This document shows, piece after piece, positions 1-8,215 of a DNA stretch of 32,000 nucleotides. The position numbers and the translations under genes are program-made. The stretch is from an uncultured archaeon (GTDB taxonomy: Archaea; Asgardarchaeota; Thorarchaeia; Thorarchaeales; Thorarchaeaceae). The notes under the pieces were generated by a model. The model saw only the letters and a program-made list of their open reading frames with translations. It was not told the origin of the DNA and made no database searches. The stretch's first letter is position 1, and the number at the start of each line of letters is the position of its first letter. The DNA lies in assembly GCA_964354495.1 (NCBI GenBank), contig CAYHAA010000003.1:130507-162506 (forward strand), read 5' to 3'.

Positions 1-222
1 GGACTCAAAGAAACGTGCCAAGTTCCAAGTATGAAGGCATTGGTTTCCACATGAAGCATTGCGGCAAAACAGATGGATATTGCTATTGACAAACGGTTCT
101 TCTATTCGTACCCATATCGTTTACCTTCAGTATTCCCAATTTGCTTCTTCCGTATAGCGGTCATTACACATTCGGTTTTCACAAGAAGTACTCGGTGGCT
201 GAGATAGAATGAGAGTCCGTCT

Positions 223-372
223 TTAGTTTCTATTTGCCAGAACAGAACGTAACTCATCTATCTGGTTTTGTATCTCTTCTGACAATCTATCTCCGTCTTC
301 CGATATTGCCAACATCCTGAATTGCGTAAGATCGTCAATCAGATATTGAACGCCATCATAATATCCTCTCAT
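223..372 (-). CDS. Small hypothetical helical protein (49 aa from ATG 372; ORF track extends it to 474)
   Basis: ATG at 372 overlaps the TAA of the upstream ORF (TAATG coupling); product MRGYYDG...VLANRN has no recognisable motif. It could instead be the frameshifted C-terminus of the upstream ORF. Confidence 0.35.
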   Translation of the reverse strand: MRGYYDGVQYLIDDLTQFRMLAISEDGDRLSEEIQNQIDELRSVLANRN

Positions 373-758
373 TACCACATCACGAAATCTATCGCTTCTT
401 GCAGCATCCACGCGCCTCTTGATTTGAACCAAACTTCTTCTTTTTTGAGTAGAAAGCTTGAATAATCCAACCAAGGATTTCTATACCGTTTCTCGCTAGC
501 TGCAAAGCTTAGGCCGATTAGTACGAGTAACACTACCAAGACTATTATAATTGAATACCCTTCTACTGGTGTTTGCGTCGCCAGACTAGCACCTACAAGA
601 GCAGCCCCTGCTACTGCAATTAATGCTTCTACCATTTTAACAATATAGTAAATCTGTTGTATTCGTGATACTGGAATGGCAGGAATTACTGGACTTCTAT
701 TATCACTCATTACTTCTTCAACTCCTACTCGCATCCCACTAAATGAAGCAATTTTCAA
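372..758 (-). CDS. Hypothetical membrane protein with 2 TM helices (likely start ATG 710 or 734)
   Basis: Two hydrophobic stretches (VEALIAVAGAALVGASLA; YSIIIVLVVLLVLIGLSFAA); AGGAG 11 nt upstream of ATG 710; TTATAT box at 770-765; region is visibly AT-richer than the rest of the window. Confidence 0.5.
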   Translation of the reverse strand: MKIASFSGMRVGVEEVMSDNRSPVIPAIPVSRIQQIYYIVKMVEALIAVAGAALVGASLATQTPVEGYSIIIVLVVLLVLIGLSFAASEKRYRNPWLDYSSFLLKKEEVWFKSRGAWMLQEAIDFVMW

Positions 759-764
759 TCTAAG

Positions 765-784
765 ATATAATGATTATCATTTAC
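765..784 (-). promoter_or_regulatory. BRE/TATA of the 2-TM gene overlapped by a Fur-box-like palindrome
   Basis: Minus strand reads GATAAT-CA-TTATAT (BRE plus TATA); palindrome AATGAT-T-ATCATT at 769-781. Confidence 0.4.
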
Positions 785-857
785 GGCTCTTAGTTCTCTC
801 CGGTTTATCTGAGAAAAAGAGCAATATAACTCCGTGTTCGTTGAATCATTAGAAGGC

Positions 858-865
858 TTAATAAA
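858..865 (+). promoter_or_regulatory. TATA box of secG
   Basis: TTAATAAA about 46 nt upstream of ATG 911. Confidence 0.45.
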
Positions 866-910
866 CACAACATCGTCTGAAGGCAGAGTGCTCAAGAGAA
901 GGTAGATACA

Positions 911-1105
911 ATGCCGAAGACCGCGAAAAAGAAAAAAGGAAAGCGCGGGGACGGACCGATGCCGAGCGGTGGAGCCGGCTTGATCAGATTCTTTGAAGAC
1001 GAAACCCCAGGCATCAAGGTGGGTCCCACTGTCGTCGTGATAATCGCAAGTATTCTTCTGGTCGCCACGGTGATTGCACACATATTCTACCAATTAACAA
1101 ACTGA
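911..1105 (+). CDS. secG: Preprotein translocase subunit Sec61beta/SecG
   Basis: Basic N-terminus, signature AGLIRFFEDE...IKVGP, single C-terminal TM helix, 64 aa. Confidence 0.93.
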   Translation: MPKTAKKKKGKRGDGPMPSGGAGLIRFFEDETPGIKVGPTVVVIIASILLVATVIAHIFYQLTN

Positions 1106-1151
1106 GCAGGTCAATCTGAGTCACAGATTCAGATGAGCCATGCCCTAAGTG

Positions 1152-1157
1152 TTATAA
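1152..1157 (+). promoter_or_regulatory. TATA box of the rpl44e operon (SD GGTGA at 1190-1194)
   Basis: TTATAA 43 nt upstream of ATG 1201; GGTGA 6 nt before the start codon. Confidence 0.6.
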
Positions 1158-1200
1158 GAGACTCTAAGCCGAATCGCACAGTCAAGACAGGTGACTCGCA

Positions 1201-1482
1201 ATGAAGGTAAAAGGCGAACTGAATAAGTACTGTCCCCGCTGCCATAAATACACTGAGCATGCCGTGTCCATCGAGAAGGCTGGAAAGAGACGGAGCATGG
1301 CTCAAGGTGAACGTCGTATGAGGAAGAGGACAAAGGGCTATGGATCATTCCCGAAGCCAATCCAGCACAAGTTCGCCAAGACAACAAAGAAGACTGTTCT
1401 GAAATTCAAGTGCAAGGAATGCAGCCACATCGTTTTGGCCAAGAGTATTCGAATGAAGAAGGTAGAGGTTGAACGAGCGTAA
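1201..1482 (+). CDS. rpl44e: 50S ribosomal protein L44e (eL42)
   Basis: YCPRCHKYTEH, KGYG..PKP, KTTKK, CKEC zinc-ribbon motifs; first gene of the conserved archaeal operon. Confidence 0.97.
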   Translation: MKVKGELNKYCPRCHKYTEHAVSIEKAGKRRSMAQGERRMRKRTKGYGSFPKPIQHKFAKTTKKTVLKFKCKECSHIVLAKSIRMKKVEVERA

Positions 1483-1493
1483 GGTGATTCTTA

Positions 1494-1694
1494 ATGACCA
1501 AGGGAGAGATAGTACAGCAGCCGAATTCGCGGTTCCTTAAGGTGAAGTGTCTTGATTGTGAGAACGAGCAGATTATCTTTGGGAATGCCTCAACAGAAGT
1601 GAAATGTCTTAAGTGTGGAAAACTACTTGCTAAGCCTAGTGGAGGAAGAGCCAAGCTCGAGCCAATTGCAAGAGAAGTTGAAGTCCTTCCGTAA
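1494..1694 (+). CDS. rps27e: 30S ribosomal protein S27e
   Basis: SRFLKVKCLDCENEQIIF...CLKCG..LA.PSGGRA C4 zinc finger; SD GGTGA upstream. Confidence 0.97.
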   Translation: MTKGEIVQQPNSRFLKVKCLDCENEQIIFGNASTEVKCLKCGKLLAKPSGGRAKLEPIAREVEVLP

Positions 1695-1706
1695 GGAGAA
1701 GAGAGA

Positions 1707-2501
1707 ATGGTATTCAAACGTGGCGAATGGCCGAATGTGGACGACTATGCGATAGCAGTTGCTACCAAGGTCGCCGCATATGGGGCATACGTCACGTTGC
1801 CGGAGTATGGTGACAAGGAGGGCTTCATCCACATCTCCGAAATCAGCAGCACATGGGTCAGAAACATACGTAACCACATCCATGAGAATCTGCGAGTTGT
1901 TGTCAAGATTTTGAAGGTCGATCCTGAGAAGATGCATATTGACTGCTCGCTCAGGCGTGTTTCTAATGAGTCGAAGAGAGCTAAGAACAATGAGTGGAAA
2001 CGCGCACAGAAGGCCGAGAAGATTCTTGAACTTGTAGCCAAGGAGAATGATATGACCCTCGAACAAGTCTATGAAAAGCTTGGCTGGCCAATTGAAGAGG
2101 TCTTTGGCGAGATCTACACAGGACTTGAGCGGGCGACGGACGGGGGAGTTGAGGCCCTCGATGAGGTTCAGTCCACAAAGAAACTGAAGAAACAGGTTGC
2201 AGACTTTGCGGCACAGAGAATCGAGATTCCATCGGTCGAGATTGATGGAGAATTGACCATAGCCGTGCCAGGGCCAGAGGGTGTAGAGGTGATAAAGAAG
2301 GCCCTCACAGAGGGACTTGCCAAGGGAAAATCGCACGAGAAGTCAACGACGGAAATATACACTCTTGGCGCACCCAGATATAAACTCAGGATTGTCAGTC
2401 CTGACTACAAAGAGGCGGAGGAGGTACTCTCCGAAGTTCTCAGTCTGATTCAGACACAGGTTGAGCACGATTCTGGTACTGCGAGTTTTTTGAAGAAGTA
2501 G
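1707..2501 (+). CDS. eif2a: Translation initiation factor aIF2 alpha subunit
   Basis: N-terminal S1 domain (EGFIHISEISSTWVRNIR, KVDPEKMHIDCSLRRV), C-terminal GAPRY..PDYKEAE; operon context. Confidence 0.96.
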   Translation: MVFKRGEWPNVDDYAIAVATKVAAYGAYVTLPEYGDKEGFIHISEISSTWVRNIRNHIHENLRVVVKILKVDPEKMHIDCSLRRVSNESKRAKNNEWKRAQKAEKILELVAKENDMTLEQVYEKLGWPIEEVFGEIYTGLERATDGGVEALDEVQSTKKLKKQVADFAAQRIEIPSVEIDGELTIAVPGPEGVEVIKKALTEGLAKGKSHEKSTTEIYTLGAPRYKLRIVSPDYKEAEEVLSEVLSLIQTQVEHDSGTASFLKK

Positions 2502-2510
2502 GGAACGACA

Positions 2511-2693
2511 TTGGCGCATCTCTTCAAATGCACGAAATGCAACAGATACACTCTCAACCAGAGAGTATGCCCATCGTGCGGAGGTCCTGTGTCAGAGCCC
2601 GGACCCCCGAAATACAGTCCTCAGGACAAATATGGTGTCTATAGACGAAAAGCAAAACGCAAGAGCGTCGCTGCACAAGACGTTTCGTCATAG
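2511..2693 (+). CDS. nop10: H/ACA RNP subunit Nop10 (TTG start)
   Basis: CTKC..YTL...CPSCGG...PPKYSPQDKYG.YRR; follows aIF2alpha as in most archaea. Confidence 0.95.
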   Translation: MAHLFKCTKCNRYTLNQRVCPSCGGPVSEPGPPKYSPQDKYGVYRRKAKRKSVAAQDVSS

Positions 2694-2757
2694 ATTGTTT
2701 CAGAGAGAAAATGCGGCAACTGATAGTGAACCAGCTGCCGTACAATTCATACTCTTT

Positions 2758-5484
2758 CTAGTAGAGCTGGACCGGAACCCAGTATATTCTCCATGGACTT
2801 GCAAAGATAGGCTCGCCAGTCTTGATGTTGTCCCACCATAATAGTCTGATTTGGTAGTTCATCCCAGGATACATCCCGAGATCCTGTGGATCTCCGGATT
2901 TCAGCGGAAGGAGGAACTCGATGACACCATTGCCAGTCGCGAACTCGGTGGTGTTCGTACCAGTAGAGTCCTGAGCCCAAGTACCATCATACCGAATATG
3001 GCCATCATAGGGCAAGCCGTTGTAATTCACAATTCGTATGTCGGAATCCAGAGGCATACCCTCAGGCGAGATCTGAATGCCAAAGGCATCATCACCCACC
3101 GTGTAGTTGTTCATCTTGATTCCATAGTACATGTGGGTCGAGTTGGATCGGGTGTAGATTTGGGACTTGTAGGTTCCAGCAAATGTGTACTCGTAACTGG
3201 GTGAGGAGAGCTCAGTTGTTGACAGGCTGCCATCCAGTGAAACACCAAGGTTTGCGCTTGCCAAACCAGGAACCCAATCAGCCTTTGTCTGGTTCATGTA
3301 TTGCTCGTACATTGTATAGTCAATCTCATAGATCTTGACAAGACCGTAGGCCGAGCTGGTGAATGGGTTAACAAATGCACCGTGAAGGTTCACAGGCATG
3401 TGATCCGTCCACTCAGTATCCCTCCAGAAGAGTTCGTCTACCGAGATCCTGATATTAGTGAGCCCAAGGTTGGTCCCCTCTGTTTCATCAAGAGGCTCGC
3501 CATAGGACAGCAACTTGTAGAGTGTTGAACTGTAGAATGCTTCAAGTGTCGAATCATCGGGGCCAAGGTATGTATCATCATCGATGAATTCAGACCCAAA
3601 CTGGTCCTCGGCGATACGAACCATCCATGGCCACTTGCCATCGTCACCACCGAATCCACCGTATCTGTGGCCCCAATACACTAGTACGTGTGTCGTGTTC
3701 CACAGTTTGAATGTCTTCAGTGATTCAGTAAGATTCAGTGCCATGAGTGCATATCCCATGAGCCCTATCTGCGTACTATTGAATGTTGCATTATCCACGA
3801 TTGTCTTCGCGTCTGACCCGCTATTTATCCAATAGCCATAGTCCCACCAACTACCTATAATGGACCCTGGAGGCAGAACATTTCGGATATAGGTGATAGC
3901 GTTCTGCCAATCAGTGAACTGAGTGCTATCTGAGAGGGGTTGTGATGAAAACTCCGGCTTGCCCACCTGGTTTGAAACATATTGCACACCCAGTATCACA
4001 TTGATAGAGAGAAGAAGGCCTATGAACGCAAATGCCGCGAGAGCATGCTCAGAGGTGAGTGACGAACTCATCCTGAATCTACGCCTCTCAAACACGGACT
4101 GCTGTGTGACGACCTTCGCATAGGGTGCAAGTACGCTGTAGGCTGCCACAGCAGCCAAGACCGCAACACTTGGACCGAGAATCATGCCCAGACGAATCAT
4201 GCTTCCTGCAAAGTAGACAGAGGTCAGACCGAAAGTTACCATTAGCCAGTCTTCATCACGACCTTTCTTGAACAGGAAGTACATTCCAAGTGGAAAGAAG
4301 AAGATTAGGACTAGCAGCGTGTTATAGAATGCACCCCACGGGCTGGGAAGGTGCTCTGCAACTGAAGCAAGGATTCTCTCATCCAATCTCGTAAATGGGT
4401 TGATCACAGTAAGGAACTTTGATCCAAGAGTCAGGATTGGGTTCGAGGTGAAGGGCCGGATTGTCAGCTCAATACTTCCTGCATAGAGCAAGTAGGCAAT
4501 GACGCCAACAGCTGGTGTGATTATTCCAAGGAGAATGGGTCTCATATGGGGCAAAAGCATATTTGCCGTGGCTTCGCGATAGTGACCCACTCGGAGCCAG
4601 ACTTCGTATAGAATAAGAACTCCGGCCACTGCGATAGGAACCAGAGTCGTGAAAGAGGTCAGATTGCTAAAACCAATCCTTGGCACCATGTTACCAATAA
4701 AGAGACCAAGTGATATAGTGATCAGATAGCTCGAGAGCAACCGTTTACTGTAGTGGCCTATTACGAGCATTAGGAAAGCATAGAGACCAAGCAAGCCTAG
4801 CATGAACTCTGCTGCTCCCCAAGATACCAGCAAATACCCAAGAGAGAGACCTGCTCCAACAGAAGCCACTAGAGACCCCCGTTTCAGGCCTCTCATGAAC
4901 AGAAATGTAGTAAGAACAATGGCAAAGACACCTACAGATTCATTGTCATAGAAGCCTGCAACCGTTCTCTGGAGATATGCAGGAATGAAAGCAACGAAGA
5001 TGCTAGTAAACAGCCCAACTGTGTTATTCATGAGCTCTCTGCCAAGGAAGAATGCAATTACTGCGGTGACAGCGCCCATGAATGCTGGGAGAGCCAAGGA
5101 AACAGTAAGAATATCTATTTTGATGCCCAATCCATTGAGCAGGAAGTAGAAGAATGCGCTTGTGAAAGGCACTCCTACATAGCTGGTCCTGGCCATGTCA
5201 CGACCAAAGGGAACCCAAGTCGAATCATCATACCATGTGAAAAAGGCACTGAACCCATTCTCGGTCACATATCTAGTGATACGTATCTGAAACCATGGAT
5301 CGAAAGCACGTACGATGGGTTGAGAGTCGATTAGAGGCTCCAAACGCAGCACAAGCGCAGCGATGAAAGTTATGACTAGAGTCACAACGATAAGGACTGA
5401 ACCACGTGAGATCTTCGATTTCGGCCTGTGAAATACCTGCTTCAGGAATCTTCCAGTGGACCTCTTTATCTTGTCAAACGACAT
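2758..5484 (-). CDS. aglB: Oligosaccharyltransferase catalytic subunit AglB/STT3 with an approx. 180-aa C-terminal extra domain
   Basis: FDPWF, DNE, SVAEH, MIRL, WWDYG, DNATFNST and DDGKWPWM (DK motif); multi-pass TM N-terminal half. Confidence 0.96.
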   Translation of the reverse strand: MSFDKIKRSTGRFLKQVFHRPKSKISRGSVLIVVTLVITFIAALVLRLEPLIDSQPIVRAFDPWFQIRITRYVTENGFSAFFTWYDDSTWVPFGRDMARTSYVGVPFTSAFFYFLLNGLGIKIDILTVSLALPAFMGAVTAVIAFFLGRELMNNTVGLFTSIFVAFIPAYLQRTVAGFYDNESVGVFAIVLTTFLFMRGLKRGSLVASVGAGLSLGYLLVSWGAAEFMLGLLGLYAFLMLVIGHYSKRLLSSYLITISLGLFIGNMVPRIGFSNLTSFTTLVPIAVAGVLILYEVWLRVGHYREATANMLLPHMRPILLGIITPAVGVIAYLLYAGSIELTIRPFTSNPILTLGSKFLTVINPFTRLDERILASVAEHLPSPWGAFYNTLLVLIFFFPLGMYFLFKKGRDEDWLMVTFGLTSVYFAGSMIRLGMILGPSVAVLAAVAAYSVLAPYAKVVTQQSVFERRRFRMSSSLTSEHALAAFAFIGLLLSINVILGVQYVSNQVGKPEFSSQPLSDSTQFTDWQNAITYIRNVLPPGSIIGSWWDYGYWINSGSDAKTIVDNATFNSTQIGLMGYALMALNLTESLKTFKLWNTTHVLVYWGHRYGGFGGDDGKWPWMVRIAEDQFGSEFIDDDTYLGPDDSTLEAFYSSTLYKLLSYGEPLDETEGTNLGLTNIRISVDELFWRDTEWTDHMPVNLHGAFVNPFTSSAYGLVKIYEIDYTMYEQYMNQTKADWVPGLASANLGVSLDGSLSTTELSSPSYEYTFAGTYKSQIYTRSNSTHMYYGIKMNNYTVGDDAFGIQISPEGMPLDSDIRIVNYNGLPYDGHIRYDGTWAQDSTGTNTTEFATGNGVIEFLLPLKSGDPQDLGMYPGMNYQIRLLWWDNIKTGEPIFASPWRIYWVPVQLY

Positions 5485-5595
5485 ATGGAGTGCTCTCTCC
5501 GTGCTCTTTCGAACTAGCAGCAGCGATTTTGTGATACGCTAAAAAGGTTGTTGTTAATTGTACAGTCGTCCTAACGACTAGTACTTGTAGAATAC

Positions 5596-5645
5596 AAAAA
5601 AGATTGAGAAATAGGGCCATGATGAGGCATCTTGGCCGCATCATG
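5596..5645 (-). terminator. Putative gcvH terminator (hairpin plus T-tract)
   Basis: Inverted repeat CATGATG(5618-5624)/CATCATG(5639-5645) with inner GGC/GCC pairs, then TTTTTT on the minus strand (5601-5596), just downstream of the gcvH stop. Confidence 0.5.
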
Positions 5646-5662
5646 TTTTGTGGAATCAGTAT

Positions 5663-6070
5663 CTATTCTGAAGCAATGAGAGCCCTGTACGCATCTGCCT
5701 TCATTAACTTCGCAAGATCGGCCTTCAGATTCGAGGGCTTAATCTTGAACATCCAACCCTTTCCATAGCAGTCTTCGTTGACAATCTCAGGGGCATCCTC
5801 AAGCTCAGTATTCACTTCAACGATTTCACCACTTACCGGCGAAAACATATCAGATGACGCCTTCATAGACTCTACAAGTCCGCATTCCTCACCTGCTTTG
5901 ACGGCAGTGCCAACCTCAGAGATCTCGACAAATGTAATCTCGTGTAGGGAATTCTGAGCATGGTCCGTTATCCCAACGACAACGATGTCACCTTGAACCT
6001 TGGCATACTCATGCTCCTTGCTATAATATAGTCCATCTTTGACTTCGGTGCCATCCATATAGTCCACCAA
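5663..6070 (-). CDS. gcvH: Glycine cleavage system H protein
   Basis: YYSKEHEY, VGITDHAQ, lipoyl-Lys motif VESMKASSDMFSPVSG, IVNEDCYGKGWMFKI. A TTTAAA box at 6094-6099 suggests its own promoter; start is TTG 6070 or ATG 6058. Confidence 0.96.
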   Translation of the reverse strand: MVDYMDGTEVKDGLYYSKEHEYAKVQGDIVVVGITDHAQNSLHEITFVEISEVGTAVKAGEECGLVESMKASSDMFSPVSGEIVEVNTELEDAPEIVNEDCYGKGWMFKIKPSNLKADLAKLMKADAYRALIASE

Positions 6071-6111
6071 GGACCACGGGTTATTGTACTCTGTTTAAAT
6101 CAGTTTGGATG

Positions 6112-7257
6112 TTACACGGTGCGCGATCCACCGTACTTCTCAGGATCATAGAAGGGCCACTCGGCAATCTCGGCCTTTCGATGACGCCCCTTGATATCAA
6201 TCTCAATTATGTCCCCTGTGTTGACCATATTGGGGGGGGCATATCCAAGGCCTATCCCCTTGCCCAAGACTGGAGAAACACCCCCACTGGTTATCTGACC
6301 TATTACGTTTCCATTCAGAAGAATAGGGTAGTGTTCTCTTGGGATTCCACGATCAATCATCACGAACCCGATGCGCGTCTTCTTCACACCTTCCTCCTTG
6401 TGACTTCTGACTGTATCAAAACCAATGTAGTGGGGCTCTACCTTGAACTTGACGGCATATGAAATCCTGGCCTCGATTGGAGATGTTTCCTCATCAAGCT
6501 CGTGACCATAGAGGACAAACCCGGCCTCAAGACGGGTCGAGTCTCTGGCACCGAGGCCGCAGGGCTTGATACCAAACTCAACTCCCTGTGCAAGAAGGAT
6601 CTCCCAGAAACTTATCGCTCTCTGCTTGCCCTTATCAGTAAAGGGACAGTCTAGTATAAGAACCTCGGCACCATCCTCACCGGTGTAGCCAGTTCTGCAT
6701 AGGTATGTATCATATCCTGCAATATCAACAGGGTAGCAGGTGAATCGGTTGTACTCACTGAGATCACGCCCTGCGATTTTGCTCAGTAGTTGGAGTGCTT
6801 TCGGGCCTTGCACAGCAATCATGACAATCTCTGAGGACCGGTCTATAACCTTGACATCATATGACTTGGACTGCTTTGACAGATGTCGCTTAATCTTCGG
6901 GCCATTCCCAGCATTGGTGATCCAGACATACTCATCAGTGCCTATCCTATAGAGCATCAGGTCATCATGTATGCCCCCGTGCTCGTTCAGGCAGGTCGCG
7001 TAGTGCCCGCCATTCACATCGAGTTTGCTCACATTATTCGTAGTCATCCTCTGGAGGAATTCTGCGGCCTGTGGGCCTTTGACAAAGAACCGGAACATAT
7101 GACTCGTGTCAAATATGCCAGCTCCATCTCTGACTGCCATATGTTCTTCTCTGATGTCACTGTACCTAACAGGCATCTCCCACCCGGCAAAGGGGATCAC
7201 ATCGCCATGCGCTTTATGCCAATCATAGAGCTGGGTTCGTTTCAACGCGTCACTCAT
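6112..7257 (-). CDS. gcvT: Glycine cleavage system aminomethyltransferase T
   Basis: KRTQLYDWH, FAGWEMPVRY, FDTSHM, GGIHDDL, VQGP, RTGYTGEDG, CGLGARDSTRLEAG.LYGHEL. Confidence 0.97.
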   Translation of the reverse strand: MSDALKRTQLYDWHKAHGDVIPFAGWEMPVRYSDIREEHMAVRDGAGIFDTSHMFRFFVKGPQAAEFLQRMTTNNVSKLDVNGGHYATCLNEHGGIHDDLMLYRIGTDEYVWITNAGNGPKIKRHLSKQSKSYDVKVIDRSSEIVMIAVQGPKALQLLSKIAGRDLSEYNRFTCYPVDIAGYDTYLCRTGYTGEDGAEVLILDCPFTDKGKQRAISFWEILLAQGVEFGIKPCGLGARDSTRLEAGFVLYGHELDEETSPIEARISYAVKFKVEPHYIGFDTVRSHKEEGVKKTRIGFVMIDRGIPREHYPILLNGNVIGQITSGGVSPVLGKGIGLGYAPPNMVNTGDIIEIDIKGRHRKAEIAEWPFYDPEKYGGSRTV

Positions 7258-7345
7258 TGAGATACCTCGTCTATTTCTTGGTTCTTGACTACATCAGCTA
7301 CATTTTATCTCCTTCTATACAGACTCTGAATAGAGGCGAACATTA

Positions 7346-8215
7346 TTGGAACTGCCCTATGTTGACGTGTCTGGGCTTCGGATTGGAGAGGGATATCCTG
7401 TTCGGGTCATGGGAATCCTCAATCTGTCACCGGAGTCGTTCTACAGGGACTCGGTTGCTATTGATGAAGACTCTATCCAGCAAGCTGTTGCTAGATTCGA
7501 GAGAGAAGGCGCAGATATCATTGACATAGGGGGAGCCTCAACAGCTCCCAAGAATATCTATGGCACTCCTGAAGTAAGTGTCAGTGAGGAACTCAGACGG
7601 GTCACGGAAGCTATTGCCATGATAACTACGATGACCAAGCTTCCATTATCCATCGATACTGTTTCTTCTATGGTGGCCAAGAAGGCACTTGATTTGGGAG
7701 CGTCAGTCATAAATGACGTGTCTGGATTGAGGGCGGACTCAAAGATGGCAAAGCTAGTGGCGAACAGATCTGTTCCAGTCATACTCATGGGGAACTGTGG
7801 AAACCCCTGTGGTAGCTATCAGGCTTCCATAGACTCACTGAGGAGCAGTTTCTCAATAGCTCTTGAAACAGGAATTGAATCCAGTATGATACTAGTTGAC
7901 CCAGGGATAGGCTTTGGCAAGCAGCCTGAAGTGGACTATGAGATACTACGCAATCTGCATGCGTTCATGGCACTTCATCGCCCCGTGCTTGTAGGCGTGT
8001 CCCGGAAGGCATTCATCGGATATCAGTTGGGGCAACCAGACCCCTCTGATCGACTTCTGGGATCGATTGCAGCAACCTCTGTAGCAGTATACAGCGGGGC
8101 CAGTCTCATACGAACACACGATGTCAAAGAAACAAGAATTGCAGTTGCCATAGGAGAGGCAATTCGAGGGAATGCGCCGGGAAACCGGAGAAACCAGATG
8201 GAGGATTCAAAATGA
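7346..8215 (+). CDS. folP: Dihydropteroate synthase (pterin-binding TIM barrel), TTG start
   Basis: MGILNLSPESF, DIGGAST, SIDT, INDVSG, DPGIGFGK, GVSRKAFIG, IRTHDV. Confidence 0.92.
   Translation: MELPYVDVSGLRIGEGYPVRVMGILNLSPESFYRDSVAIDEDSIQQAVARFEREGADIIDIGGASTAPKNIYGTPEVSVSEELRRVTEAIAMITTMTKLPLSIDTVSSMVAKKALDLGASVINDVSGLRADSKMAKLVANRSVPVILMGNCGNPCGSYQASIDSLRSSFSIALETGIESSMILVDPGIGFGKQPEVDYEILRNLHAFMALHRPVLVGVSRKAFIGYQLGQPDPSDRLLGSIAATSVAVYSGASLIRTHDVKETRIAVAIGEAIRGNAPGNRRNQMEDSK

Noticed and set aside
1-120. Open minus-strand frame with Cys/His (…LFCRNASCGNQCLHTW…) running off the window start
   Set aside because: No start codon after the upstream TAA at 121-123 and only 40 codons visible; cannot be supported.
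786-822. Imperfect inverted repeat GCTCTT-TTCTC / GAGAA-AAGAGC between the 2-TM gene and secG
   Set aside because: Short and bulged, no T-tract, no flanking duplication; function cannot be supported.
755-1093. 112-aa and 63-aa minus-strand ORFs
   Set aside because: Antisense shadows of secG and its promoter; no motifs.
5490-5507. GTGCTCT direct repeat at 11-nt spacing in the aglB leader
   Set aside because: Only two 7-mers in a low-complexity purine/pyrimidine tract; chance is likely.
5619-5671. Possible C/D box sRNA (ATGATGA ... CTGA, 53 nt)
   Set aside because: No credible D'/C' boxes; the C box is one arm of the terminator hairpin and the CTGA lies inside antisense gcvH.
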